From: Candidatus Latescibacterota bacterium
Lineage (GTDB): Bacteria > Latescibacterota > UBA2968 > SICM01
NCBI GenBank assembly: GCA_965217865.1
Contig: CBDCJO010000002.1
Location: 4,160,001 to 4,224,000 of the forward strand
DNA length: 64,000 bases
Direction: 5' to 3'
Shown here: in pieces, positions 11,305-20,121 of the stretch
How the letters are laid out: the number at the start of each line of letters is the position of its first letter
How positions within the stretch are numbered: the first letter of the stretch is position 1
Translations under genes and position numbers: made by a program
Notes under the pieces: model-generated
Told to the model about the DNA's origin: nothing
Seen by the model: the letters and a program-made list of their open reading frames with translations, nothing else
Database searches by the model: none

Positions 11305-11421
11305 GGGCTTTCAATCACGAAGCAGTTTGCAGAGCTGTTGGGCAGAACGATTGGCGTGAAGAGCGAGGTGGGGGAGGGATCGGTCTTTATCGTGCAGGTC
11401 CCTGTGGTCAACAAGAACTGA
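11305..11421 (+). pseudogene. Vestigial histidine-kinase HATPase_c C-terminus
   Basis: Translates GLSITKQFAELLGRTIGVKSEVGEGSVFIVQVPVVNKN* directly after the SpoIIE stop; no start codon. Confidence 0.7.
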
Positions 11422-11465
11422 GAAACATGAAAGAATATCCCCTCACCTCACCCGTGTTTCACGTC

Positions 11466-11566
11466 ACATAACACGAGCATCTGTGCTGCGCTCCACTTCG
11501 TTTCGCTTGGCTTCGCCCAACCCTCCCAAAAAACACGGGCGGGTTCACAGATGCCAATCGTTAACC
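11466..11566 (+). other. attC-like recombination site
   Basis: ACATAAC...GTTAACC ends with inner inverted repeat GCATCTGTG / CACAGATGC. Confidence 0.6.
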
Positions 11567-11984
11567 AAAAGTTGCTCCCCAACCATCCCGGAAAAGCGCA
11601 TAGCACACAAAAACGTCGCTCGCACGAAAGCTGATCAGATGCCTCGATTTAACACGTCTGCAGATTTCTTTAATGTATGGGGTGAAGTTTTAACACAACG
11701 AGCCAACGATGCAATTGAGAAGTTATCCTCCCTGCCTGGTTCGTGGAAATGGACCTTTATTGGGGGCGCAGCGTTCATAAGTAGTTGGTGGCGGGTATGC
11801 GATTTACTTGCTTGTGGGAAAAGAGCGTAACATCGCTCTCGACCTCGTTGGTATTCTCAGGACCTTTGCTTGTCGCAGGCCTGCTGTTTTTGGTTCCGCT
11901 GCTGTTAAGGGACAAGACACAAGGGGACATTTTTGGGGTGGTTGTGAAAACCATGTACCGGCAGATCGGATTCGAGATAGTCGG

Positions 11985-12346
11985 TTTTATATGAAAAAAC
12001 CGGGTGGACTCCTGTGCGGGGTCAACTGGCCTCAACCTTCGACGTCCGTTTTCCGGCATGGCTAGAGTACCTGTGGTGTTATATCAATTTTCACATTCCG
12101 CACCATATTTCTCCAATTATTCCCTGGTATTATCTCAAGGAAGCCGGTCGCGCCATTCGTCAGGCCTATCCGGCCCACTATCAGGAACAAGGGTTCGCTC
12201 TACGCCACCTGACGTGGTTCTACAGAACACCATTCCTGAAAAAGATTGAAGACAAAGGGTACTATGTGTTCGATGCCTCCCACCTGAAAATAGCATCTGT
12301 TATTATAACCAGTCGTGAACCCACTTTGAACCGGGCGGAGCTGTGA
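11985..12346 (+). pseudogene. Fatty acid desaturase, C-terminal remnant
   Basis: ...GQLASTFDVRFPAWLEYLWCYINFHIPHHISPIIPWYYLKEA contains the third His box; the first two His boxes are absent; stop overlaps the HAD start (GTGA). Confidence 0.7.
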
Positions 12347-13098
12347 ATCCAGGTGCGATCAAGGTTGTTAGCTGGGACGTCGACGGCACGCTCTATTCCG
12401 TCGGACGTATGACGTGGCAGGTCATCTGTCTGTTCATGCGGGAAGTCGCCTGTGGGCGAGGACTTGCGGCCTACAGGGAGCTGGCAGCGTTGCGGCGCTA
12501 CCGGGCGAGAATCGACGCTGCGCGATCGGCCGGCGGGGCCCTCGGCGTAGAGTTGCAGGAGACCTGCCGGCCGGCGCTGTTGAACGTGGAGCAACACTGG
12601 TATGGCCGTGCGATTCGGCAAACCGGCCCAAGGGCGGGTGTCACCGAGCTGCTCACCTTTTTTTCTGAGAGAGACATTCCCCAAGTCACACTCTCGGACT
12701 ATCAGGCGGGGTACAAGCTCGAGTCCCTAGGACTCGCAGATCGATTCGCCTCGACCTATGCAGGGGAGTGCCTGGGGTTCGTGAAGCCCAGTCCAGTGGG
12801 CTTTGAGCGTATCGCCACCGACTTTGGGATTCCCACGGACGGCCTTTTGCACATCGGCGACCGGGCTGACATGGACGGCGCCGGAGCGAGCGCAGCAGGG
12901 TGCCGGTGCCTGATTCTCGGGCGAGATTTTCGGAGCTTTGACGCGCTGCTGAGGGAATTCCAGTCCGCAGCGACTTGTCTTCCCGGTTTCCTGAATCGTA
13001 GACCACGGACCACAGCCAAACCGCTAAAGCCATCGTCCATCGTCATTTTGTTGTTCCAAACGACTCCCACGTGCGCTGATAAAGCGGCAGGAACTTGA
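12343..13098 (+). CDS. HAD-family hydrolase
   Basis: WDVDGTL, KP and HIGDRADMDG motifs. Confidence 0.85.
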   Translation: MNPGAIKVVSWDVDGTLYSVGRMTWQVICLFMREVACGRGLAAYRELAALRRYRARIDAARSAGGALGVELQETCRPALLNVEQHWYGRAIRQTGPRAGVTELLTFFSERDIPQVTLSDYQAGYKLESLGLADRFASTYAGECLGFVKPSPVGFERIATDFGIPTDGLLHIGDRADMDGAGASAAGCRCLILGRDFRSFDALLREFQSAATCLPGFLNRRPRTTAKPLKPSSIVILLFQTTPTCADKAAGT

Positions 13099-14635
13099 AC
13101 TGGGTCTCCCAGGTGTGACGATGTCGAGCGCCGCCTATCCGGTCGACGAAATCGGTGAGTGGCATACGCATGAACCCTACCGGTCCGAGTCGCCTGCTCT
13201 CACGCTTGTCTTTGTACTCGCGGTTCACCTCACCCAGCAGTACGTCGCAGCGCCTGGCCACCTCATCCCCTGAAATCTCAGCACCCCCGCAGGACCCGCC
13301 GATGAGGACGATCTTGTAATGGGGAACCGACTCGCCAGCAGGTTGAGACGGCACACAGGTCAAAAAATCCTCAGACCCAAGCCAGGAAAACGTCTCGCGG
13401 AGCTTCTGAAATACGCTACTCACATGCTCGGCCGTCAGCTTCTCGCCGGTAAAGGAATATTCAAGGCCGCGTCGGCGTTGAAAATGCAGATCGGGCAGTC
13501 CCGCAACATCCCCCCTGCACAGAAAGAGGTCGCCGGTCTGGTAGCGGCGCAATCCGTACGGATCGCTCACAACCATCGCGTATATCTTCCCCACCTGAAG
13601 CCGATCCGCGCTCAGCAGATTCTCAGGCCGGTCCGCCGCGTCCTCCTCGATAAACTCATAGAGCACGCCGCTCGCCAGCGGCAGAAACGCGACGGTATCA
13701 CCGCGAAAGTGGCTCACCGTCTCCACGGTCTCCGTCGACATAGAATACATGGGAATGAGCCGATAGCGCTCGGGCGGAAGATAGGACGCGAGTCGATCCA
13801 GGAACGGCTTGACATAGCCACCCGTCCAGCAGACATAGGCCTCCACCGCCGGCGCGCAAGCCTGCAAAGGAAGCGGCGAATGGCTGGTTGCGATGCGCAT
13901 GAGACGCTCGTTGCTGCCGCGCGAGGCAAGGCGGCGGGCGAGTGTGCGGACCGCAGCATCGAAAGTCTGGGGCTGCTTGCAAAAGTCTCTGACCAGCCTG
14001 GCGCTTTGTTGCCAGTTTGTGGCAAGCTCATCGAGGAAGGTTGAAAGCGTCGAAGGATTGGTGCTATAGAGAACGCCGGGATTTGCGATAGCCAGGATCC
14101 ACAACCGCACAGCCGTCGCTCCGTAAACAGACGCCAGGGCCTGAATTGCCGGATGGCCCTGCGCCCGATACGACGCCTGAAGCGTAGCCAGGTACGGCGG
14201 CAGACGGGTCTCGTCGAGCAGCATGGACGTGAGCGAATCGTCTTTGCTGAGTGAACTGAAAAGGTAGAGGCTCTTGCGCCGAATCGGCAGCGCCCAGTAG
14301 CAGCGGGCAAAAACGCTTAGATAAGTCCATCTGACCGAGCGCAGGCGCCTCTTAGTATAGAGAATGCGTTTGGGGCTGGTGGTCGAGCCCGAGGTCAGGC
14401 CGAACCTTGCGTCGGAACCGGCCCGAGAAGCCGCATTCTGAATGTGTTGCTCAAGCTCGAATCCATAGGACAGGACCGGCGTATCTGCGGTGATCTCGTA
14501 GCGCTGCCTGAGGCGTTTCTGGTTCCAGACAAAGGCGCGTATTTTGATCCGGTGGACGATTTCCAGCGCCAGCCCGAGCCCTGTGAGGCCAAACCCGATG
14601 AGCCAGCGCAGGCAGTCGTTGATTAGGCCTCTCAT
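13043..14635 (-). CDS. GH3-family acyl-acid amido synthetase-like protein
   Basis: LTSGSTTSPKRI P-loop, YSMSTE, YEFIE, GLRRYQTGD, TGEKLT. True start taken as MRGLIN at 14635 (ATGA overlap with the upstream stop), not 15028. Confidence 0.85.
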   Translation of the reverse strand: MRGLINDCLRWLIGFGLTGLGLALEIVHRIKIRAFVWNQKRLRQRYEITADTPVLSYGFELEQHIQNAASRAGSDARFGLTSGSTTSPKRILYTKRRLRSVRWTYLSVFARCYWALPIRRKSLYLFSSLSKDDSLTSMLLDETRLPPYLATLQASYRAQGHPAIQALASVYGATAVRLWILAIANPGVLYSTNPSTLSTFLDELATNWQQSARLVRDFCKQPQTFDAAVRTLARRLASRGSNERLMRIATSHSPLPLQACAPAVEAYVCWTGGYVKPFLDRLASYLPPERYRLIPMYSMSTETVETVSHFRGDTVAFLPLASGVLYEFIEEDAADRPENLLSADRLQVGKIYAMVVSDPYGLRRYQTGDLFLCRGDVAGLPDLHFQRRRGLEYSFTGEKLTAEHVSSVFQKLRETFSWLGSEDFLTCVPSQPAGESVPHYKIVLIGGSCGGAEISGDEVARRCDVLLGEVNREYKDKRESRRLGPVGFMRMPLTDFVDRIGGARHRHTWETQFKFLPLYQRTWESFGTTK

Positions 14636-15891
14636 GTCAGTTCTCGCTGCGCCAGGGCGATCTGCTCTTGGTACATCTCCACCAGGCGCTGGATGTCCCC
14701 GGATGTGAGCAGACCCGGATCGTAGGTGAAGGTGACCCACGTCTGATCCCGAAGGGTCGTGGCGTTGATCGCCACTGCGTAGCGGGCGTGCAGCTGGCCG
14801 ATGAACTCGATCTTTTCCACATGCTGAAAAAGCCTGTCGTCCTGTCCGTCCCACCTTTCGGCGTGGGAAAACACGCCGGTGGTCACATCGACCCAGGGGC
14901 GATTGAGATAGCAGCGCAGGAGCGGAACGCTTGCCCACACGGGCAGGCGTGTAAGCGGGTGGCTCCGGGGAACGGCCCATTCCCCATGCTGCTTGGACCA
15001 AGCGACCTGCCGGCGGATCTCGCGGCACTTGTCGAGCAGCGAGGCGTTATCGGTATACCGGGCGTAGATGCGGATCCGACTGGCGCCATTACCAAACCCC
15101 TCAAACGGCTGCTGACGGATGTTGACCGGCAACAGGAGCCCCACCTTTTGCCTGTGGCTTGTATTGTGCGCGCAGTTCCAGCGGACGAAGACCTCGAGGG
15201 CACACGTGGCCAGCAGATCGTTGTAGGTAAACCCACCGATCTTGCGGGACCGCTCGCGCAAATCGACGGCCGGAACCTCGATGGTGTGCCACCGTCGTGC
15301 ACGCGAACTCCGAGCACGCGGGCTCCACAAATGGTGCGCAGGTCCGAGATAGGAGAACCGGCTCTTTTTCACGGGCGAGGGATGACGGCGCAAAGGGAGT
15401 TCCTGGAAGGGGGAAACCTCGGTCACCGGGCTTTGTTGGCCGTATGCTACCCTGAGCTGATGGCCCAGCCACATCGTTGCGCTCAAATAGTCGGCTACCG
15501 CGTGGTGAAAGCGCGTGACTAGTTTCGCACTGTCGTTGGCGCCGTCTATGATCACGAGCTGTTGCACGGGCACCTGTCGTCGCGGGTTAAAAGGGCCGTC
15601 TATGAAGGCTTCGATGGCCCCGGTGATCGTCTCATCGGAGGTCGCTTCTGCGGCCGCGACGCCAACGGCTGGCTCGGCAAAGTGGGCCCACTGCTTGCCA
15701 TCGATGTACGAGCCCGTCGCCGGATAGCGGTTTCTCGCGCTTCTCGCCCCGGCTTGCAAGGCCTCGATGTTTGGGGCCTTCTTGACGTGAAGCACCAGGG
15801 TGAAGTCGAGGGGGCGCTTGGGGCTGTCCATCACGCACAAGATGAGATCCAGGGGCGACAGACTGGCGGTGTCAGTTAATTGTGGACTCAT
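14632..15891 (-). CDS. Stand-alone condensation-domain / PapA-WS/DGAT-like acyltransferase
   Basis: 419 aa with FHHAVADY (HHxxxD) motif, TYNDLL and PVNIR. Confidence 0.75.
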   Translation of the reverse strand: MSPQLTDTASLSPLDLILCVMDSPKRPLDFTLVLHVKKAPNIEALQAGARSARNRYPATGSYIDGKQWAHFAEPAVGVAAAEATSDETITGAIEAFIDGPFNPRRQVPVQQLVIIDGANDSAKLVTRFHHAVADYLSATMWLGHQLRVAYGQQSPVTEVSPFQELPLRRHPSPVKKSRFSYLGPAHHLWSPRARSSRARRWHTIEVPAVDLRERSRKIGGFTYNDLLATCALEVFVRWNCAHNTSHRQKVGLLLPVNIRQQPFEGFGNGASRIRIYARYTDNASLLDKCREIRRQVAWSKQHGEWAVPRSHPLTRLPVWASVPLLRCYLNRPWVDVTTGVFSHAERWDGQDDRLFQHVEKIEFIGQLHARYAVAINATTLRDQTWVTFTYDPGLLTSGDIQRLVEMYQEQIALAQRELT

Positions 15892-16786
15892 TGCTCTGAG
15901 AATCGGGCCGGATGTCCCGTTGGGGCAGGAATCGCTGCCACCAGCCGGTCGGCGTGTCCTCCACGTAATTCTTCAGTTCGATCCAGGTGAGCTTGGGCTG
16001 CAAGTGGTGTAGCCGGTGCATCGAGAGACCCAAAGAGAACCAGTACATGAGTCGGCCGTAGTAGTTGTGGGAACGCGATTCGGCACAACCGGTTGAAAAC
16101 CCCTCGTGGGTCTTGAAGGCGAAGGGGTACCACAGAAGGATTGAGACAAGGACCAGCGCGGGGACCATGCCCCAAAACAGGCGGGACGGGCCCACAAACG
16201 CCAGGATGATGCCATACACTGCGAAGATCCCGAGGTAGTTCAGCACCAGATCGACCACATCCTGTTTTTTGATGCGGCCACGCTTCATCAGCCAGAAGAA
16301 CCACTGATGGGGCATGGCAATGGCGCGCAATGGCAATTCCAGGACATGGCGCGGCTTCATAAAATGATCGGGATCCTTGCCCGGGATATTCGTGTTGGCG
16401 TGATGCAAGCGATGGGTCTTCCTGAAATTCGTGAAGGGAACCATGCTGGGGAGCAAGGCGAGGCGTCCCCACGAGAAGTTGGCCGCCTTCGTACGGCCCA
16501 GATGGCCGTGGGTACCTTCATGAGCCATGACGGTACCGATGAACATAATGTAGGTCCGGAACAGCACGTCGATGACGTATAGGAAGGGATTCGAGGGCTG
16601 TAAGAAGAGCGGGCCAAACGAGGCCACGACGACCGCGCAGATCACCAACCGACTGAGCAAGTAGACCTGAGAGCAGGTCCAACGGGTCCGAATGCTCGTG
16701 TCTTCCACGGTGCTAATAGAATCCCTCGTAAGTTGTCTCCTTCCACAGGTGGTCATAAACGACAACAACTGTCTTATGGATCTCAT
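15872..16786 (-). CDS. Membrane fatty acid desaturase family protein
   Basis: His boxes HEGTH, HRLHH and HRLHH with TM segments. Confidence 0.88.
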   Translation of the reverse strand: MRSIRQLLSFMTTCGRRQLTRDSISTVEDTSIRTRWTCSQVYLLSRLVICAVVVASFGPLFLQPSNPFLYVIDVLFRTYIMFIGTVMAHEGTHGHLGRTKAANFSWGRLALLPSMVPFTNFRKTHRLHHANTNIPGKDPDHFMKPRHVLELPLRAIAMPHQWFFWLMKRGRIKKQDVVDLVLNYLGIFAVYGIILAFVGPSRLFWGMVPALVLVSILLWYPFAFKTHEGFSTGCAESRSHNYYGRLMYWFSLGLSMHRLHHLQPKLTWIELKNYVEDTPTGWWQRFLPQRDIRPDSQSNESTIN

Positions 16787-16847
16787 GGCTTATCTCCTTC
16801 TTAACGTGGACATCTGTATGCGTCTTTTTTCTTGTTAACAGGAGAAT

Positions 16848-17020
16848 GCAAATCGTGAGCCATTTCCCTTAGGGCACCCATTTGAGAGGGTTGGTTTTGT
16901 TTTAAGCTTATAAAATTTAATATCTTATAATATAATTTCGTTTTGTTTTTATATTCTCATCCCTCCTGAGTCGCATCGTTGGGGGATTTTTGTTGTTGCG
17001 CAAAATTGCGCATTATTGCA
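16848..17020 (-). promoter_or_regulatory. sigma54 promoter (TGGCTC-ACGAT-TTGC, 16862-16848) with AT-rich spacer and palindromic enhancer candidate TGCGCAAAATTGCGCA (~16997-17012)
   Basis: GG-N10-GC spacing ~60 bp upstream of the desaturase; homologous to 1141-1301; adjacent to the bEBP gene. Confidence 0.8.
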
Positions 17021-17067
17021 TGATTGTTACGCAAGATCTCGTGAACGCTTGCACCTGGGGGGACACG

Positions 17068-19074
17068 ATGGCCAAACGGACCGCTTCTACTCAGAAGGTT
17101 GTCGAACCCGGTGTTCTGCAACGGCTTCGCAGGGCCGTACAAACCAGTGGTTTGACCGCTGATATTTCTTCCAAAGGCACGCTGACACAGCAGATTCTGG
17201 TGACCGGTCGAGTTGCACAAACCACGGTCAACTACCTGAGCTCTCTTAATCCGGCCGCAGGACAGAACCTGGCCGAAGAGCTTCAGGCGCTTGCCAGCTC
17301 CGAGGAATTCGAATTGCTCATGGAGGGCAGGGGATATACCTTCTTCCACGTTGTCCAGTTTCTCTATGAGTTTGCCAAACAGTATGCCGGTTTACCCGAC
17401 GTTCATGCTTTTTGTGTCGGCGTGGGAAGGGCCGGAGGGGGACTGCAAATAAGACCTGAAACAGACATCATCAGCCTCATCCGTCTGGTGGTTACGGCCA
17501 TGCCTGCCGCCGAGGATCAACACAGCATCGGGTTGTTGGTCCAGTCGCTGGCACCGTTGATGCTGGACAAGGTTTTCGTCACCGGCGACTTTCATATCGA
17601 GGTGCTTCAAGAGCAGGAGGACCGGCTCAGGGTCTCGCTTGAATACGCTGATGGAGGCCAGGTAGAAACCTATCTTAAAGCGTTCGGGCTGGAGAGAGAT
17701 ACCGGGACTTTCTTCTTAAATTCTGCGCTGCAGATTCAGGGGACCATAGAGGTGGGATTGCGCACGCTTGCGCAAAATATGAGGCGCTATATGAAGATGA
17801 AAGTCCTTGTTGAGGATAGACATAAGAAGGATCTGGAGGAGATCGAACAGACCTGTTCCTGTGCCTGGACGATTACCTGGAGGCCTGAGATTCGACTGCG
17901 CCGGCTAACCGGTCCAGACAAGATCCTGGCCCAGGGGCGCACGATCTACGAGACCCTGCATCGGAGGGATTTAGAGTATTTCCAGGAACGGATCAAAACC
18001 CTGGAGATGCGGGTGCAGGCCTTAGAGGAGGGAGATCACTTCCACGAGTTGATCGGCAAGAGTCTCGAGATGCGTCAGGTCTATCGGACGATCCAGCAGG
18101 TGGCGGCATCCGATCTGACGGTGTTGATCCGGGGGGAGACCGGGACGGGCAAGGATCTGGCGGCGGTGGCGATCCACGAGAGCAGTTCGCGCAGGGATCG
18201 GCCTTTTGTGGCGGTGAACTGTGCGGCGTTCCTCGAGACGCTTTTGGAGAGCGAACTCTTCGGATACGAGAAAGGGGCATTTACCGGGGCGGATAGGACG
18301 AAACCGGGGCGGTTCGAACTGGCCGATGGGGGCACGCTGTTCCTGGATGAGGTGGGCGATATTCCGATTACGACACAGGTCAAGCTGCTCCGGGTGCTGG
18401 AGACCCAGGCTTTTGAACGCGTGGGGGGAACAGAGACGATCCAGACCGATGTGCGTATCATTGGGGCAACCCATCGGGATCTAGAGGATATGATTCCCAG
18501 GGGAGAATTCCGTGAGGATTTTTATTTTCGCCTGAATGTGCTGCCTGTGAACATGCCCCCTTTAAGGGCGCATCGAGAGGATATTCCGATGCTTGCACAA
18601 CGCTTTCTGGAGCGGAGTGCAAGACGTTCCGGCAAAACGATCAAGGGATTTTCGCGCGGGGCAATGCAACGGCTTCTGAACCATTCGTGGCCGGGGAATC
18701 CCCGGGAGCTTCAGAATGTTATCGAACGGGCGGTTGTGGTTTATGCGACGGGGTCGACCATCACAGAACCCAATATCTCTCAAGCCCTGGGCATCCAGGA
18801 ACGCAGGGAGCCGTCGGCTGCGTTGAATCTAAGGCACCAGCAGGTTCTGGAGGCGATTGGTCAGGCGGAAGGATGTACGGTTGAGGACTTGATGGACCGC
18901 GTCGCATCTGCGGTGCGAGGGGGAGGCCGCCGTTCCCGGAGGACGCTTCAAAACGATCTGAGGAAGCTGACGGAAATGGGATACCTCACCTGGCATAAAC
19001 AGGGGAGCGCCCGGTATTATATGGTGACTTCAGAGGGACAGGAAGTGCTTCAAATATATTCGGATCGGTCGTAA
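17068..19074 (+). CDS. sigma54-dependent transcriptional activator (bEBP) with unrecognised N-terminal domain and winged-helix C-terminus
   Basis: GETGTGKD Walker A, ESELFG..GAFTGA, FLDEVGD, WPGNPREL; likely start at MAKRT after GGGGA. Confidence 0.92.
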   Translation: MAKRTASTQKVVEPGVLQRLRRAVQTSGLTADISSKGTLTQQILVTGRVAQTTVNYLSSLNPAAGQNLAEELQALASSEEFELLMEGRGYTFFHVVQFLYEFAKQYAGLPDVHAFCVGVGRAGGGLQIRPETDIISLIRLVVTAMPAAEDQHSIGLLVQSLAPLMLDKVFVTGDFHIEVLQEQEDRLRVSLEYADGGQVETYLKAFGLERDTGTFFLNSALQIQGTIEVGLRTLAQNMRRYMKMKVLVEDRHKKDLEEIEQTCSCAWTITWRPEIRLRRLTGPDKILAQGRTIYETLHRRDLEYFQERIKTLEMRVQALEEGDHFHELIGKSLEMRQVYRTIQQVAASDLTVLIRGETGTGKDLAAVAIHESSSRRDRPFVAVNCAAFLETLLESELFGYEKGAFTGADRTKPGRFELADGGTLFLDEVGDIPITTQVKLLRVLETQAFERVGGTETIQTDVRIIGATHRDLEDMIPRGEFREDFYFRLNVLPVNMPPLRAHREDIPMLAQRFLERSARRSGKTIKGFSRGAMQRLLNHSWPGNPRELQNVIERAVVVYATGSTITEPNISQALGIQERREPSAALNLRHQQVLEAIGQAEGCTVEDLMDRVASAVRGGGRRSRRTLQNDLRKLTEMGYLTWHKQGSARYYMVTSEGQEVLQIYSDRS

Positions 19075-19149
19075 CCAGCTTAGGCTTGTACAAAACGCCC
19101 GTTGGGGTTTTGCCCCACTATGTTGGTTTCTCGGAATCGTGCCAATGCC

Positions 19150-19233
19150 GCATAACGATTTCAGGCACTCCCGAACCTGCCGAAGGCAGGTTTCTGCGGA
19201 GTGTCAGCGAAGCTTGGGAGTACCGTGTTATAG
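19150..19233 (-). other. attC-like recombination site
   Basis: Minus strand CTATAACACGGTACTCCC...GGGAGTGCCTGAAATCGTTATGC, 14 bp after the proS-fragment stop. Confidence 0.6.
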
Positions 19234-19246
19234 GAAGTTGCGGGAT

Positions 19247-19665
19247 TTAATAACTTCGAGCTACATAAACAATATGTTCTGCTTCTTTCCTGCATACAAT
19301 ACAATCAGCTCCATCCACCTCGCTCTCGGAATCCCCAAAAGGGATACCTGAAACACAGCCCCCATTTGTTTTCTCCTTGAGTATGTCCGCACATTTCTTC
19401 CCTTCTAAGCCAATCGAGCAGAATGGGACCTTGACAAAGCCTCGCCCTTCGCTTGTCGTATCTTTTAGCTCCTTCAAATCAGTTGCGATACTTACCGCAT
19501 TGTCAAAATACCCTTGCGATTCCTTCAGCAATCTGGCCTTCTCTGATACAACTAAATCTTCTACCGTCTCCGTCAAATCGTCTTGCGAAACACTTTTTTT
19601 CTGACCGGTAACGCGAAGAGCTATGGTTACCTCTCGATGCTCCACTTCCTTTGGGCCGACTTCTC
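19247..19665 (-). pseudogene. proS: Archaeal/eukaryotic-type prolyl-tRNA synthetase, C-terminal fragment
   Basis: EVGPKEVE..VTIALR (anticodon domain), Zn-binding CIVC and terminal YVARSY; catalytic domain missing. Confidence 0.7.
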
Positions 19666-19814
19666 GACGACGTCGTAGGTTGTGTCGGAGCGAACGCCGA
19701 GGGGATAGGCTTCAACTTGAAGATCGTTCACCTTGTCAGTTTTAGAGTGGAAGTGATAGGGGTAGGGGCAAGCCGCATTGCACAGGCGGAAGGTATGAGT
19801 GGATAAATCCAGTT

Positions 19815-20045
19815 CAGCCAGGGAGAAGCAAACAGACGTGCGTCCATCGTACCGGCTCACACCGCCGGCGGTTGTGCCGAACCAGAGATCCTCGCCCCGG
19901 GGCTGAACGATCGAACCCACAAAGTTGTCTGCATCTTAAACGGTAAAGTTGGTAGACGATGACCCCTGTGAGCGGCTCGAAGGATCGTACCGGCTCACAC
20001 CGGCCTGCCTGCCGAACCAGATGAACCTTTTCGATCTTCACCAAC
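19815..20045 (-). pseudogene. Decayed Reg_prop propeller repeats
   Basis: IWFGRQAGVSRYD...NFTV*D..SIVQPRGEDLWFGTTAGGVSRYDGRT with an internal stop. Confidence 0.65.
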
Positions 20046-20121
20046 CGACTGCATCACATCATGTACCAGGGCATCCTTAGATGTAAAGGTCTTCCAGCCC
20101 AAAGCCAGGGCGATCCGGGCA

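Noticed and set aside
14636-15028. N-terminal 131 aa of the 661-aa GH3 ORF
   Set aside because: Overlaps the acyltransferase gene; the coupled ATGA start at 14635 is more plausible.
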